This document shows, piece by piece, positions 28,951 through 38,346 of a DNA stretch of 64,000 nt; the stretch's first letter is position 1; the number at the start of each line of letters is the position of its first letter. The stretch is from Pyrinomonadaceae bacterium (lineage in GTDB: Bacteria > Acidobacteriota > Blastocatellia > Pyrinomonadales > Pyrinomonadaceae): positions 12,709 through 76,708 of the forward strand of contig JBGAOU010000016.1 in NCBI GenBank assembly GCA_044221625.1, given 5' to 3'. The notes under the pieces were generated by a model. It did no database searches. It worked only from the letters and a program-made list of their open reading frames with translations, and was not told the origin of the DNA. A program made the translations under genes and the position numbers.

Positions 28951-30175
28951 ATGAACAAACTCACATTCACAATACTCATCACGTTGGCCGCCATCTTTTC
29001 GGCGTTGGCACAAGAGCCTGATCGAGGCTTTCGTACCGCGAACTCATATGCTGCAACCGGGCTTGAGGTTGTCAACACAACGAACTGAAAACCGCTTGTT
29101 GCTCAATATACCATTGGCTTCATTGCCCGCAGGAAGAGGCACGAGTCCGGGCTATACGGTCTTCCTTCGGTACGACAGCAAACTGTTCGATTCGATACAT
29201 ACCACTCGTGATGACGGCTACCCGGACGAGAATGGCAGCAGCTATTTTTCGACCGATAGCCTATCTCTGAGCGAACGGGGCGGCTGGAAGATGCCGATCG
29301 GCTACCAACTCCAGATCACCGATCGACGAAATCTACAAACGGCAGATGTGTGCCACATGCACGACCCGGTCGAACAACTTTCCTTCGTTTGGAAGGTCGA
29401 AATGGTGATGCCGGACGGCAGTATTCGGACATTTCTTCCGGTTGCCGCAAACGGAACTTTTATCGGAACCGGAGCAGATGGATATTCCAACGTAAACTAT
29501 AACGGTGAGGAACTGACCGCAATTCAGGGGACCCATCCCGGATCGGGGACATGCTACACCGATGTAAGCAGCACCGGGCCAAACACAAGCGGAATGAACT
29601 ATGTCACGATGGACGGTTCGCGGCTTCGGTTGTTCATACCGTATTCGGCGACCGTCCAGCCGAACCTCCGCAATTGGAGGATGTATTATCCGGACGGCAC
29701 CGTTGTTGAACGAGCGCCGGCCAACTCAAGTGCATGGCAGACGATCACTGACAGAAACGGAAATAAGATCGAGTTTATCGACAACAAGATCCAGGATTCG
29801 GCCGGGAGATACATTGAATTTGCGTCTGACTCAACCGGGCAGATCGTTCGGACAAAAGGGGTCGGAGCAGCCGTTGTCGAAACCCACATCGAGTGGGAAA
29901 ACCGCTGGATACAGAAAAAATATCGAACAACAACAGCGAATAACGCTCAATCCTCGCAGCAATACGCGACGCTGGCCGCGAGCGTTTACGGTGTAAAGAA
30001 GATCACGTTTCCGACTCAGGCGGGCGGCCAAACGATGGCGTTTGAGTACTTTTCAAATGCGACCCAGCCCGGAGCCAATGTCTACACCGATGAGTGGGGT
30101 GAAATAAAGTCGATAGAATTACCGACCGGTGCGGAGAGCAGTTTTGTTTCGATCAGTTCGTCAGGGCGGCTATGA
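28951..30175 (+). pseudogene. N-terminal part of the main rhs gene, interrupted by a frameshift near 29086
   Basis: ATG 28951 (RBS ACGGAGG) encodes MNKLTFTILITLAAIFSALAQEP...GLEVVNTTN and stops at 29086-29088. ORF 29048..30175 continues in another frame with ENRLLLNIPLASLPAGRGTSPGYTVFLRYDS, the usual start of Rhs-family shells. The 3' end overlaps the next fragment. Confidence 0.7.
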
Positions 30176-33100
30176 AACGCTGGCGTCGGATGTTCTGACC
30201 AGAAGCGTCTCAAATAAGGAACTGGCGTACGACGAGGTGTACGAGGGGACGACTTCGCAACGAGTTGACCCATGGCTATATTCCATTTCGAAATGGGTCA
30301 GCACCATCACGATCCCGAGCGGAGCCGTGAGCAGCGAATATCTCTTTTACAATTCGAATGGATCGTATTGGGATTCCGGCATGTCGTATCGGTCGACCGG
30401 CCCGAATGGCGGGATCACTGAACGATTATGGGCGTACAACCTACCGTTCGCAATGTCAGGCAGCATTCCGCCGGCGAGTGGTGGCTGGTCGGGGGTCGGA
30501 AGCGCCAATTCCTACGTAAAAGCAGAGTTTTCGACGCTGCCCGACGCGAGTGGAAATATCTCATCATCATCACCGACCGCGATCAAGGAATTCAAATTCG
30601 ACAAGAACGGAAACGTCCTCGAAGTACTTGAATACGATTGGGTCACTTATGGTTCCGTACCGCGAAGCGGCAGCGGCATAAATGCCAAGGTCACCGGCCT
30701 GCCGACCAGCGGCCTGACGCTCAAGCGGAAGACGGTAAACACCTATTACAATCAAGCGGCGGATGCTGACAGCACGAGTGTGAACGGCAATGAGTATATG
30801 AGTCCTTCATCGCCGTCGCTTAAGAATCTCATCAGATCGACCGAGGTCCGCGATGGCAGCGGCGTTGTGAAGGCACGCTCAGAGTTCTACTATGACAGCA
30901 CCACCACAACGGGCAACCTGACGGAGACACGCGTTTGGGATTCGACCAAGGGAGCAGTTTCCGACCCGCTGACCACCGGTACGAGCGGAAACGCGGTTTC
31001 GACACAGGCGACTTATGATGCGTTCGGAAACCCGACGACCGCAACGGATGCAAAAGGCATCGTCTCAAAGATAACCTATGGGGCGGTATCGGGCCCGAAC
31101 GGAAACGTTACCGGACTTTACCCGACTGAGACGATCCTTGCCGACGGCACGTCGCTTGCCCGTACTTCAACGGCGAGTTACGATTTCTACACCGGAGCCG
31201 TACTTGCGACGACCGACGAAGACAACGACATCACGAACGCGACAGAATACGACGACATCGGTCGCCCGATAAAGGCGATCACGGCTCAGGGAACCGCTCT
31301 CGAATCCTGGACGATCACTGAGTATCACGACGATGACAGATTCGTAGTGGTCAAGTCAGATCTCGAAGCAAAAGGCGATGGCAAAAAGGTCGCGACGCAG
31401 TTCTACGATCAGCTTGGACGGGTGCGCCTGACAAAGACGTTGGAGGATGCGGCCACGCAATCCGCAACGAATGAAACTGACGGGATCAAGGTGCAGACGC
31501 GGTACGGTATCAACGACCCGACGCCGAGCGTGACAACCGACCCGGAGAACAGCCTCGGAAGCTATTCGCTGGTGTCAAATCCGTATCGGGCAGGCTCGTT
31601 GGCGGCGGCCTCGGCGGAGACGACAATGGGTTGGACATTATCGTATTCGTCAAAAACAGGACGACACAGCGACGCCACCACGTATTCGGGCTCGACCGTT
31701 CCGACAGTTGGAAGCACGACGAACTCGACGGGCGTCGTCCAGACGGACATCGACGCCAACGCCACCACGGTCACCGATCAGGCAAACAAGGTGCGCCGTT
31801 CGCTGACGAACGCACTTGGGCAGCTTATTCGCGTGGACGAGCCCAATTCGAGCAACCAATTAGGTACAGTAAGCAGTCCAAACCAAGCGACGAATTATAC
31901 TTACAACACGTTAGGCAAAATGGTTCGTGTGGAGCAAGGCAGTCAGAACCGGTATTTCATGTACGACTCGTTGGGTCGGACGCTGAGAATCAGGCAGCCG
32001 GAACAGGAGGTGAACACTGGGCTGAATACTTCTGGCGACCCGTATAACAATAGCTGGACTGGTGGTTTTACTTACGACAACAACGGCAATGTTCTGACCA
32101 CGACCGACGCCAAAGGCACGACGATAACAAACACCTACGACGCTCTCAATCGGCCTTTGACACGGACTTACAACGACAGTCCGCAAACAGCGACGGTTAC
32201 GAACACGTACGGCACCACTGCTCCTGCCATTGGCAAACTGATAAAGGTCTCAAGCAGCGTTTCGGAAACGCAGTACAGCGGGTTTGACGTGCTTGGACGC
32301 CTGACCGAGAGCAAGCAGATAACGCCTCTGGATGGCGAGACCATTTCGACGGCACCTGTGCGAACCAGCAGCTACCAATACAATCTGTCGGGTGCCCTTA
32401 TCCAGCAAACATACCCAAGCGGCCGCGTCGTCGAAACCGACCTCGATGCGAGTGGCGATATCGAAAAGATCACAGGACGTGCTACATCTAGTGGAATCAA
32501 CCACAACTTTGCTACTGCGTTTTCATACCTGCCCGATGGCAAGATCGCGAGTTTGAAACTTGGGAATGGTCTGTGGGAAGCTGCAAAGGTGAACTCAAGG
32601 CTGCAAGTAACTGAGATCGCGATGGGACATTCGATCGGAGACGGTGCGATGATGAAGCTCAATTACGAGTACGGCGAACTTCAGACAAACGGCACTGTCG
32701 ATGCGACTCAGAATGCAGGCAACATAGCCAAACAAACCGTGACTTTCAGTGGACTAGCTAATCCTTTCGTCCAAACTTACAAATATGATTCGTTAGATCG
32801 AATCAAAGAAGCGAAAGAAGCCGTGAATGGAAACCAAACGTGGATTCAGACGTTTGGGTATGATCGATTTGGTAATAGGAATTCACTCGCTGAAACCGTT
32901 AATGGACAAGCGAAATCGATCAATGAATTGACTCTTCCAACGGTTGACGCAAATACAAATCGGTTTTCTAGCACGACAAATTATGAGTATGACGAAGTTG
33001 GGAATTTGATCCGCGATGCGAATGGACGACAGTTCATTTTCAACGGCGATAATAAGCAGACTCAAGTAAAGGATGTCTCAGACAATGTTGTCGGAACCTA

Positions 33101-34265
33101 TGTTTACGACGGAAATGGCAAACGTGTAAAGAAGATAACCGCAAGTGAGGTAACGGTTTTCGTTTACGACGGGATGGGTAAACTTGTCGCAGAGTATTCA
33201 ACAGCAACGCCGCCTACAAATCCAACGGTCAATTACACAGCGACAGACACGCTTGGTTCGCCTCGCGTGCTGACAGATCAACTTGGTCAAGTCAGATCCC
33301 GCCGAGACTTTATGCCATTTGGCGAAGAAGTAGCCCTAGACTCCAACTATCGCACTACTGCCAACAAATACGGCACCGGTGACAAGGTCCGACAGAAATT
33401 CACCGGCTATCAGCGCGACGAAGAGACCGATCTAGATTTTGCAGAGGCTCGCTATTACTACAACGATCACGGCAGATTCACGGCAGTTGATCCGTTGCTT
33501 GCCTCTGGAAAAAATGTCAATCCCCAAACGTTTAATCGCTATGTCTACGTATTGAACTGTCCGCTTATGTTCACCGATCCTAGTGGACTACAGGCAGGAA
33601 GACAACAATACGGCACACAACCCCCGCCGACTAAAATCATCGATATTTTCGTCACGATTACCGTGAAGGAAAGGCAGAACACAGGTTCACAAAGAGATTG
33701 GAACGCGTTGGCAAAGTCGGCCCCGGGTTATCAAACGGTAAACGTCTACACTGTCGACGATGGCTCAGCTACGGTTGATCGTTTCAAATCATCGTTAGAG
33801 AGCGAAGGTCGAACCGTTGTCGTTTTCGGTCACTCCGTGGCTGAGAGCAAGGCGGTTAAGCAATCGACTGCAACCGGTAGCCGACTGGGGGGTATGGGCC
33901 TTTCCTTCTCGAATGGCACATTTCAGGGCAATGTCGCACTTCCGGATAACTCTCTTGGCCAGCCGGTTGACACGGTCAAGGCAGATAACGTGCTACTTTT
34001 CACTTGCGACTCTGGGACTGTTCCGACTGAGATTTGGTCGAGGATGGATGTGGGGGGCGAAGTGATCCAGAACGGTGGAGGGCCGAATGGCGCGTCGAGT
34101 GTAAAATATCAAGAGGAGGCCGCATATGCTGCAACAAGCAAACTTATAAATGGCGGAAGCATGAAGGAGGCACAAACTGCCGCGCAAAATGCTATAAACA
34201 AATCCACGATCCCAACACAGGATAAGGGGGATGTGATTTTGCGCTTTCAGCGGAGGGATCAGTGA
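30129..34265 (+). CDS. rhs: Rhs/YD-repeat protein core with C-terminal polymorphic toxin domain (main rhs, continues from 28951 across a frameshift)
   Basis: Many YD repeats: YDAFGNP, YDQLGRV, YDSLGRT, YDNNGNV, YDALNRP, YDSLDRI, YDRFGNR, YDEVGNL. Core end is FTGYQRDEETDLDFAEARYYYNDHGRFTAVDPL...NCPLMFTDPSGL at 33590. A unique 224-aa tail (33591-34262) follows. There is no in-frame ATG for the first 85 codons. Confidence 0.85.
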   Translation: MRRAVLFRSVRQGGYETLASDVLTRSVSNKELAYDEVYEGTTSQRVDPWLYSISKWVSTITIPSGAVSSEYLFYNSNGSYWDSGMSYRSTGPNGGITERLWAYNLPFAMSGSIPPASGGWSGVGSANSYVKAEFSTLPDASGNISSSSPTAIKEFKFDKNGNVLEVLEYDWVTYGSVPRSGSGINAKVTGLPTSGLTLKRKTVNTYYNQAADADSTSVNGNEYMSPSSPSLKNLIRSTEVRDGSGVVKARSEFYYDSTTTTGNLTETRVWDSTKGAVSDPLTTGTSGNAVSTQATYDAFGNPTTATDAKGIVSKITYGAVSGPNGNVTGLYPTETILADGTSLARTSTASYDFYTGAVLATTDEDNDITNATEYDDIGRPIKAITAQGTALESWTITEYHDDDRFVVVKSDLEAKGDGKKVATQFYDQLGRVRLTKTLEDAATQSATNETDGIKVQTRYGINDPTPSVTTDPENSLGSYSLVSNPYRAGSLAAASAETTMGWTLSYSSKTGRHSDATTYSGSTVPTVGSTTNSTGVVQTDIDANATTVTDQANKVRRSLTNALGQLIRVDEPNSSNQLGTVSSPNQATNYTYNTLGKMVRVEQGSQNRYFMYDSLGRTLRIRQPEQEVNTGLNTSGDPYNNSWTGGFTYDNNGNVLTTTDAKGTTITNTYDALNRPLTRTYNDSPQTATVTNTYGTTAPAIGKLIKVSSSVSETQYSGFDVLGRLTESKQITPLDGETISTAPVRTSSYQYNLSGALIQQTYPSGRVVETDLDASGDIEKITGRATSSGINHNFATAFSYLPDGKIASLKLGNGLWEAAKVNSRLQVTEIAMGHSIGDGAMMKLNYEYGELQTNGTVDATQNAGNIAKQTVTFSGLANPFVQTYKYDSLDRIKEAKEAVNGNQTWIQTFGYDRFGNRNSLAETVNGQAKSINELTLPTVDANTNRFSSTTNYEYDEVGNLIRDANGRQFIFNGDNKQTQVKDVSDNVVGTYVYDGNGKRVKKITASEVTVFVYDGMGKLVAEYSTATPPTNPTVNYTATDTLGSPRVLTDQLGQVRSRRDFMPFGEEVALDSNYRTTANKYGTGDKVRQKFTGYQRDEETDLDFAEARYYYNDHGRFTAVDPLLASGKNVNPQTFNRYVYVLNCPLMFTDPSGLQAGRQQYGTQPPPTKIIDIFVTITVKERQNTGSQRDWNALAKSAPGYQTVNVYTVDDGSATVDRFKSSLESEGRTVVVFGHSVAESKAVKQSTATGSRLGGMGLSFSNGTFQGNVALPDNSLGQPVDTVKADNVLLFTCDSGTVPTEIWSRMDVGGEVIQNGGGPNGASSVKYQEEAAYAATSKLINGGSMKEAQTAAQNAINKSTIPTQDKGDVILRFQRRDQ

Positions 34266-34882
34266 AGATTGTAAAATTCAAATCTGTGAGAATGTTTGTA
34301 CTTGTTGCAGCAATGACTGCTGGAATTATCAGTTGTGGTTCTGAAGATCCGACCACAACGGGCTCTGGCCCTGTTGCCAGCGCCCAAAATACCCGAACTG
34401 TTACGCCACAGGGGATTCGACGCTCAGACGGCGGCACGACCTTCCTGCGGGTGGACGGCTGGCCGATTCCATCATTTGCCGGAGCGGAAAGGGAGGAATT
34501 CGAAACTTCGATCATGACCTCCGATGGACGAAGCGTTAAGGCCCACCTCACGGTCATACGAACGGATCCGCTCTCCCTGATTATCGATAATCCCCTCTAC
34601 TTTACGGGCACAGGCCTTGAGAAAGTTCGAGTTAACAAGGTGAAGGAATATCGCACGTCGGCAGGTGTTTTCTCATACAGGTTTCTCGTAAATGACGCTG
34701 ACGTCGATAAAAACACGAACGAAGTTCGCTCAACTCGGGGCTTCCTATACTCCTACTCGTATTACGATGAGGACGGCGACGGCGTGTTCGAGTCGCTGGT
34801 CGTCAGCGAACAGGACCGCAGCGGGTTGAAAGGGTTCCAGAATGAACCCCACCTTCCTGAGTGGTCCACTTTGTCCAGATAA
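34262..34882 (+). CDS. putative cognate immunity lipoprotein for the main Rhs toxin
   Basis: The start overlaps the rhs stop (GTGA). Lipoprotein-like MFVLVAAMTAGIISCGS and an EF-hand-like YYDEDGDGVFE. Position is immediately 3' of the toxin tail. Confidence 0.6.
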   Translation: MKIVKFKSVRMFVLVAAMTAGIISCGSEDPTTTGSGPVASAQNTRTVTPQGIRRSDGGTTFLRVDGWPIPSFAGAEREEFETSIMTSDGRSVKAHLTVIRTDPLSLIIDNPLYFTGTGLEKVRVNKVKEYRTSAGVFSYRFLVNDADVDKNTNEVRSTRGFLYSYSYYDEDGDGVFESLVVSEQDRSGLKGFQNEPHLPEWSTLSR

Positions 34883-35029
34883 CGGAGAAGACGGGGTCAT
34901 CTATGAAGTTCACCGAATAAGTCAAACTCACGGGGTCCTGGACGACGGTCGCTGACGCGGTCGGTGTGCTGGTTCGGTGACAAGGGAAATGGCCATGGCC
35001 TGAGATGTTGCGGACTTGAATTGATTGAT

Positions 35030-37330
35030 ATGTACGGGACCGCGAGGACCAACGACACGCTCAAATACCTGACGACGGTCACACAAGGCTCGCAGACGAG
35101 GACATTCACTTACAACAGCCTTTCGAGGCTGCTTTCGGCGGCGAATCCGGAATCGGGCACGATCAGCTACGGCTATGATCCAAATGGCAATCTGACGAGC
35201 AAGGTTGATGCAAGGTCGATAACGACAAGCTACCTTTACGATGCCCTGAATCGCGTGACGGATCGCAACTACACGAACGAGCCAAGCGGTTCCGAAACGC
35301 CGGATGTTGACTACTTCTACGGCACCACGGCGCCGAAAGTCGGAAAGCTGACGAAAGTTAGTTCGTCCGTTTCGACAACCGAATACACGTCGTTCGACAT
35401 CTTAGGACGTGTGACCGCTCACAAACAAACAACCGATAGCAACGAGTACACGACCGGCTACACATACAAGCTCAGTGGTGCGTTAGACGAGCAAACATAT
35501 CCCTCAGGTCGGGTTGTGAAAAATGAGTTAGACGCATCGGGCGATCTGTCGTTGGTTACAAGTAAGGAAAACTCTTCGGCGATCTACAAGACTTACGCCA
35601 ACGATTTTACTTACACGGCGGCTGGTGCAATATCGAGCCTAAAACTCGGAAATGGAAGATTTGAATCAACGCAGTTCAATAACCGCTTGCAACCGACTCA
35701 AATCGCGTTGGGTTCGTCCGTTGGTAATGCCGGACTTCTGAAAATCGACTACACCTACAACACGACCGGCAACGCCGACAACAACGGAAATCTGCTAAGC
35801 CAAACGATCACGGTTCCCGGTCTAAGCCATCCGTTCGTTCAAACCTACACTTACGACGAGCTCAATCGTTTGAAGTCAGCCACCGAAACCAACAACTCGA
35901 CACAGACTTGGAAGCAGACCTTCACGTTCGACAGATACGGTAATCGGCGTTTTGACGAGGCGAATACCACGATGCCAACTTCGTTCTCGAACCAGGCTTT
36001 GACGAATCCGACTATTTCGACGAGTAATAATCGGCTGACTTCGACGGGTTGGACGTACGATTCGGCGGGAAACACTATTGGCGATCCTGACGGCCGTAGT
36101 TTCATTTACGACGCTGAGAATAAGCAAGTCGAAGTAAAGAACTCAAGCAATGCCAGTATCGGAACTTACTTTTTCGACGGCGACGGAAAGCGCGTCAAAA
36201 AGGTTGTGCCCGTAACAGGCGAAACAACGATTTTCGTCTACGACGCGAGCGGAAAATCCATCGCCGAATACTCAACCGTCGTCGCAAATACCGAAGATGC
36301 AAAGGTAAACTACCTAACCGCCGATCATCTTGGTTCGCCCAGAATCAACACAGATGCTACAGGCACCGTCATCGCCCGGCACGATTACCATCCGTTTGGT
36401 GAAGAAGTTACGACCACCCAACGAACAGGCGGTCTCGGATATGCCTTGGACACAATTCGTAAGCAATTCACTGGGTATGAACGGGATATTGAGTCAGAAC
36501 TGGACTTTGCTCGAAATCGTTATTACAACTCAAATCACGGAAGGTTCACTACGACCGATCCGTTACTGACTTCTGGGAGACTTGAAGACCCGCAGTCGTG
36601 GCATCGCTACTCTTACGTGCTGAACAGCCCGCTTCGATATGTTGATCCGTTAGGACTATATGAATGTGGCACAAGTCTAAAAGAAAAACAGTGTCAGAAG
36701 TTTGAACAAGCTCGCCTAGACCTGGAAAAGGCCCGTGATTATTACCAAAAGAAAGGGGATACAACGAAGGCGGATGCACTAAGCAACGCGCTGAAAGCAA
36801 TTGGAACATTGAACGACAAAAATGGACTTACAATTGAGATTGGTAAGGTCTCAAAAGGAGCGGCGGCAGAAACAAGCTTTGGAATAGGTGCTGACGGGAA
36901 ACCTCTTCTGGCGAAGGACGCAGACGGTAAAGGAAATTATGTCGCTAATGTTGTCATGACGTTTAAATCTGCCGATGACATGACCGCAGAGGTCCTTTCT
37001 CACGAAGGAAGTCATACAGAAGATCGGCAGAAGTTTATTGCTGCGATGTTTGCAGCTTCCGCAAAAGATCCTCTTTTTACTGATGAGATGGCTAAGAGTT
37101 TACCGGAAAATCTAACGAAATACGCAACTGAGTCAAAAGCCTATCATAACTCATCGTATGTTCAAGAATATAAAGGAACTGAAGGGGATTATTGGAAACG
37201 TGGTTGGGCAGAGGTAGATCGACAGAAGGCTATCGATTATACGCTTCGCACAAGCGATCTTTATAAGGTTACTCCGAAGCCTGGGGAACAGGGTCGAAGA
37301 CTCTACGAAACAGCACCACCTAAGCCATGA
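35030..37330 (+). CDS. orphan Rhs fragment 1: about 545 aa of Rhs core plus HExxH metallopeptidase-like toxin tail
   Basis: ORF 34964..37330; first ATG is at 35030. It is collinear with the 3' half of the main rhs (TAPKVGKLTKVSSSVSTTEY, YPSGRVVKNELDASGD, YDRYGNR, FTGYERDIESELDFARNRYYNSNHGRFTTTDPL, DPLGL at 36644-36658). The 223-aa tail contains HEGSH (37001-37015). Confidence 0.8.
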   Translation: MYGTARTNDTLKYLTTVTQGSQTRTFTYNSLSRLLSAANPESGTISYGYDPNGNLTSKVDARSITTSYLYDALNRVTDRNYTNEPSGSETPDVDYFYGTTAPKVGKLTKVSSSVSTTEYTSFDILGRVTAHKQTTDSNEYTTGYTYKLSGALDEQTYPSGRVVKNELDASGDLSLVTSKENSSAIYKTYANDFTYTAAGAISSLKLGNGRFESTQFNNRLQPTQIALGSSVGNAGLLKIDYTYNTTGNADNNGNLLSQTITVPGLSHPFVQTYTYDELNRLKSATETNNSTQTWKQTFTFDRYGNRRFDEANTTMPTSFSNQALTNPTISTSNNRLTSTGWTYDSAGNTIGDPDGRSFIYDAENKQVEVKNSSNASIGTYFFDGDGKRVKKVVPVTGETTIFVYDASGKSIAEYSTVVANTEDAKVNYLTADHLGSPRINTDATGTVIARHDYHPFGEEVTTTQRTGGLGYALDTIRKQFTGYERDIESELDFARNRYYNSNHGRFTTTDPLLTSGRLEDPQSWHRYSYVLNSPLRYVDPLGLYECGTSLKEKQCQKFEQARLDLEKARDYYQKKGDTTKADALSNALKAIGTLNDKNGLTIEIGKVSKGAAAETSFGIGADGKPLLAKDADGKGNYVANVVMTFKSADDMTAEVLSHEGSHTEDRQKFIAAMFAASAKDPLFTDEMAKSLPENLTKYATESKAYHNSSYVQEYKGTEGDYWKRGWAEVDRQKAIDYTLRTSDLYKVTPKPGEQGRRLYETAPPKP

Positions 37331-37782
37331 GAAGAAAAATGCTTGTCAAAATGTTAATTTCTGCTGTGCTTTGTATTTGTCTCGGAAACGGACATCAGGT
37401 TTTGTGTCAGCAAGCTGATTCGAATCCACCTGTAGTTGAGGCAGTGATCCCTGTTTTTCCAGCTACAGCGATTGCTACAGCACAAGAAGGACAGGTTTTG
37501 CTTCTTGTTATGGTCCGAAATGACGGTAAGGTTAAATCAGTGGAATTCAAATCGGGTCCGTCCATATTTAGACCGGTTGCAAAGCTGGTTGCATCGCGCT
37601 GGAAGTTTGCTCCAACGAAGAGTTCTACGACATGTTCGGTACAACTCTCATTCATTTTCAAATTAATGCCTGATGAAACCAAATCTGAGGACATGCTTCC
37701 TGTTTATCGGCCCCCATATGAAGTTGAAGTACGAGCGAAGCTTCCGAGCGTGTCAAAGGATGCAGGTCAAGATCAAAATTAG
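37327..37782 (+). CDS. secreted TonB C-terminal-domain-like protein, putative immunity for orphan toxin 1
   Basis: ATGA overlap with the upstream stop. Signal peptide MRRKMLVKMLISAVLCICLG. VIPVFPATAIATAQEGQVLLLVMVRNDGKVKSVEF...ASRWKFAP matches the TonB_C pattern. Confidence 0.6.
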   Translation: MRRKMLVKMLISAVLCICLGNGHQVLCQQADSNPPVVEAVIPVFPATAIATAQEGQVLLLVMVRNDGKVKSVEFKSGPSIFRPVAKLVASRWKFAPTKSSTTCSVQLSFIFKLMPDETKSEDMLPVYRPPYEVEVRAKLPSVSKDAGQDQN

Positions 37783-37833
37783 CCGTAATACTTCTAACCT
37801 GTGATCGGGTCGGAAATCGAAAATAATGCTTGA

Positions 37834-37859
37834 CAGCCTTTTTGCGAAGGCTGTTTTTT
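37834..37859 (+). terminator. rho-independent terminator closing the rhs / orphan-1 transcription unit
   Basis: CAGCCTT - 6-nt loop - AAGGCTG followed by TTTTTT. Confidence 0.75.
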
Positions 37860-38346
37860 ATGCTTTTTGCTGGTTGCTCTCTAAGACTGTGTCGAGGAAT
37901 TGCAGGATGAAGTCCTGCTTTTTCTTTGGCAGGCGGCGGACTTCCTGGAATCTTCTCTCTAAGGGCGTAACTGGTCCGGTCTTTTTCTTTTTCAGTGTCG
38001 GCTCGTCGTCCGCTCCGACGAGGTAGGAAGCGGAAACGTCCAGGACTTTGGCGCAGGCCTGCACGACTTCTAGGGCGGGGTTGACGGCCCGCCGCTCGTA
38101 GTCGTCGATCATCTTCACGTTCGTATCGATGGCGTCGGCGAGCACCTCGGGCACATCGCCCTCGCTGATCTTGAGCGCAAGGCCCTCGGCAAGAGCGGTC
38201 TTGCCGACGCCGGGTTCGCCGACGTAGAGCGGGTTATTCTTCTTGCGGCGGCAGCTGGGACTCAAGCAGTCGTATCCACGCCTGCGGCTGCGACTGCCGC
38301 AACGACCGCATCTAGCGGACAAGGCGATGTAATCGCATTGCCGCAT
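37858..38346 (-). pseudogene. chimeric gene remnant: ClpA-like Walker-A fragment fused to the C-terminal part of an XRE-type HTH protein
   Basis: aa 33-72 are [40 protein letters not shown], the ClpA/ClpB D1 P-loop region (about 38131-38250). They join directly to ..[39 protein letters not shown], helices 2-5 of an XRE HTH. The N-terminal 32 aa are Arg/Cys junk. Confidence 0.65.
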
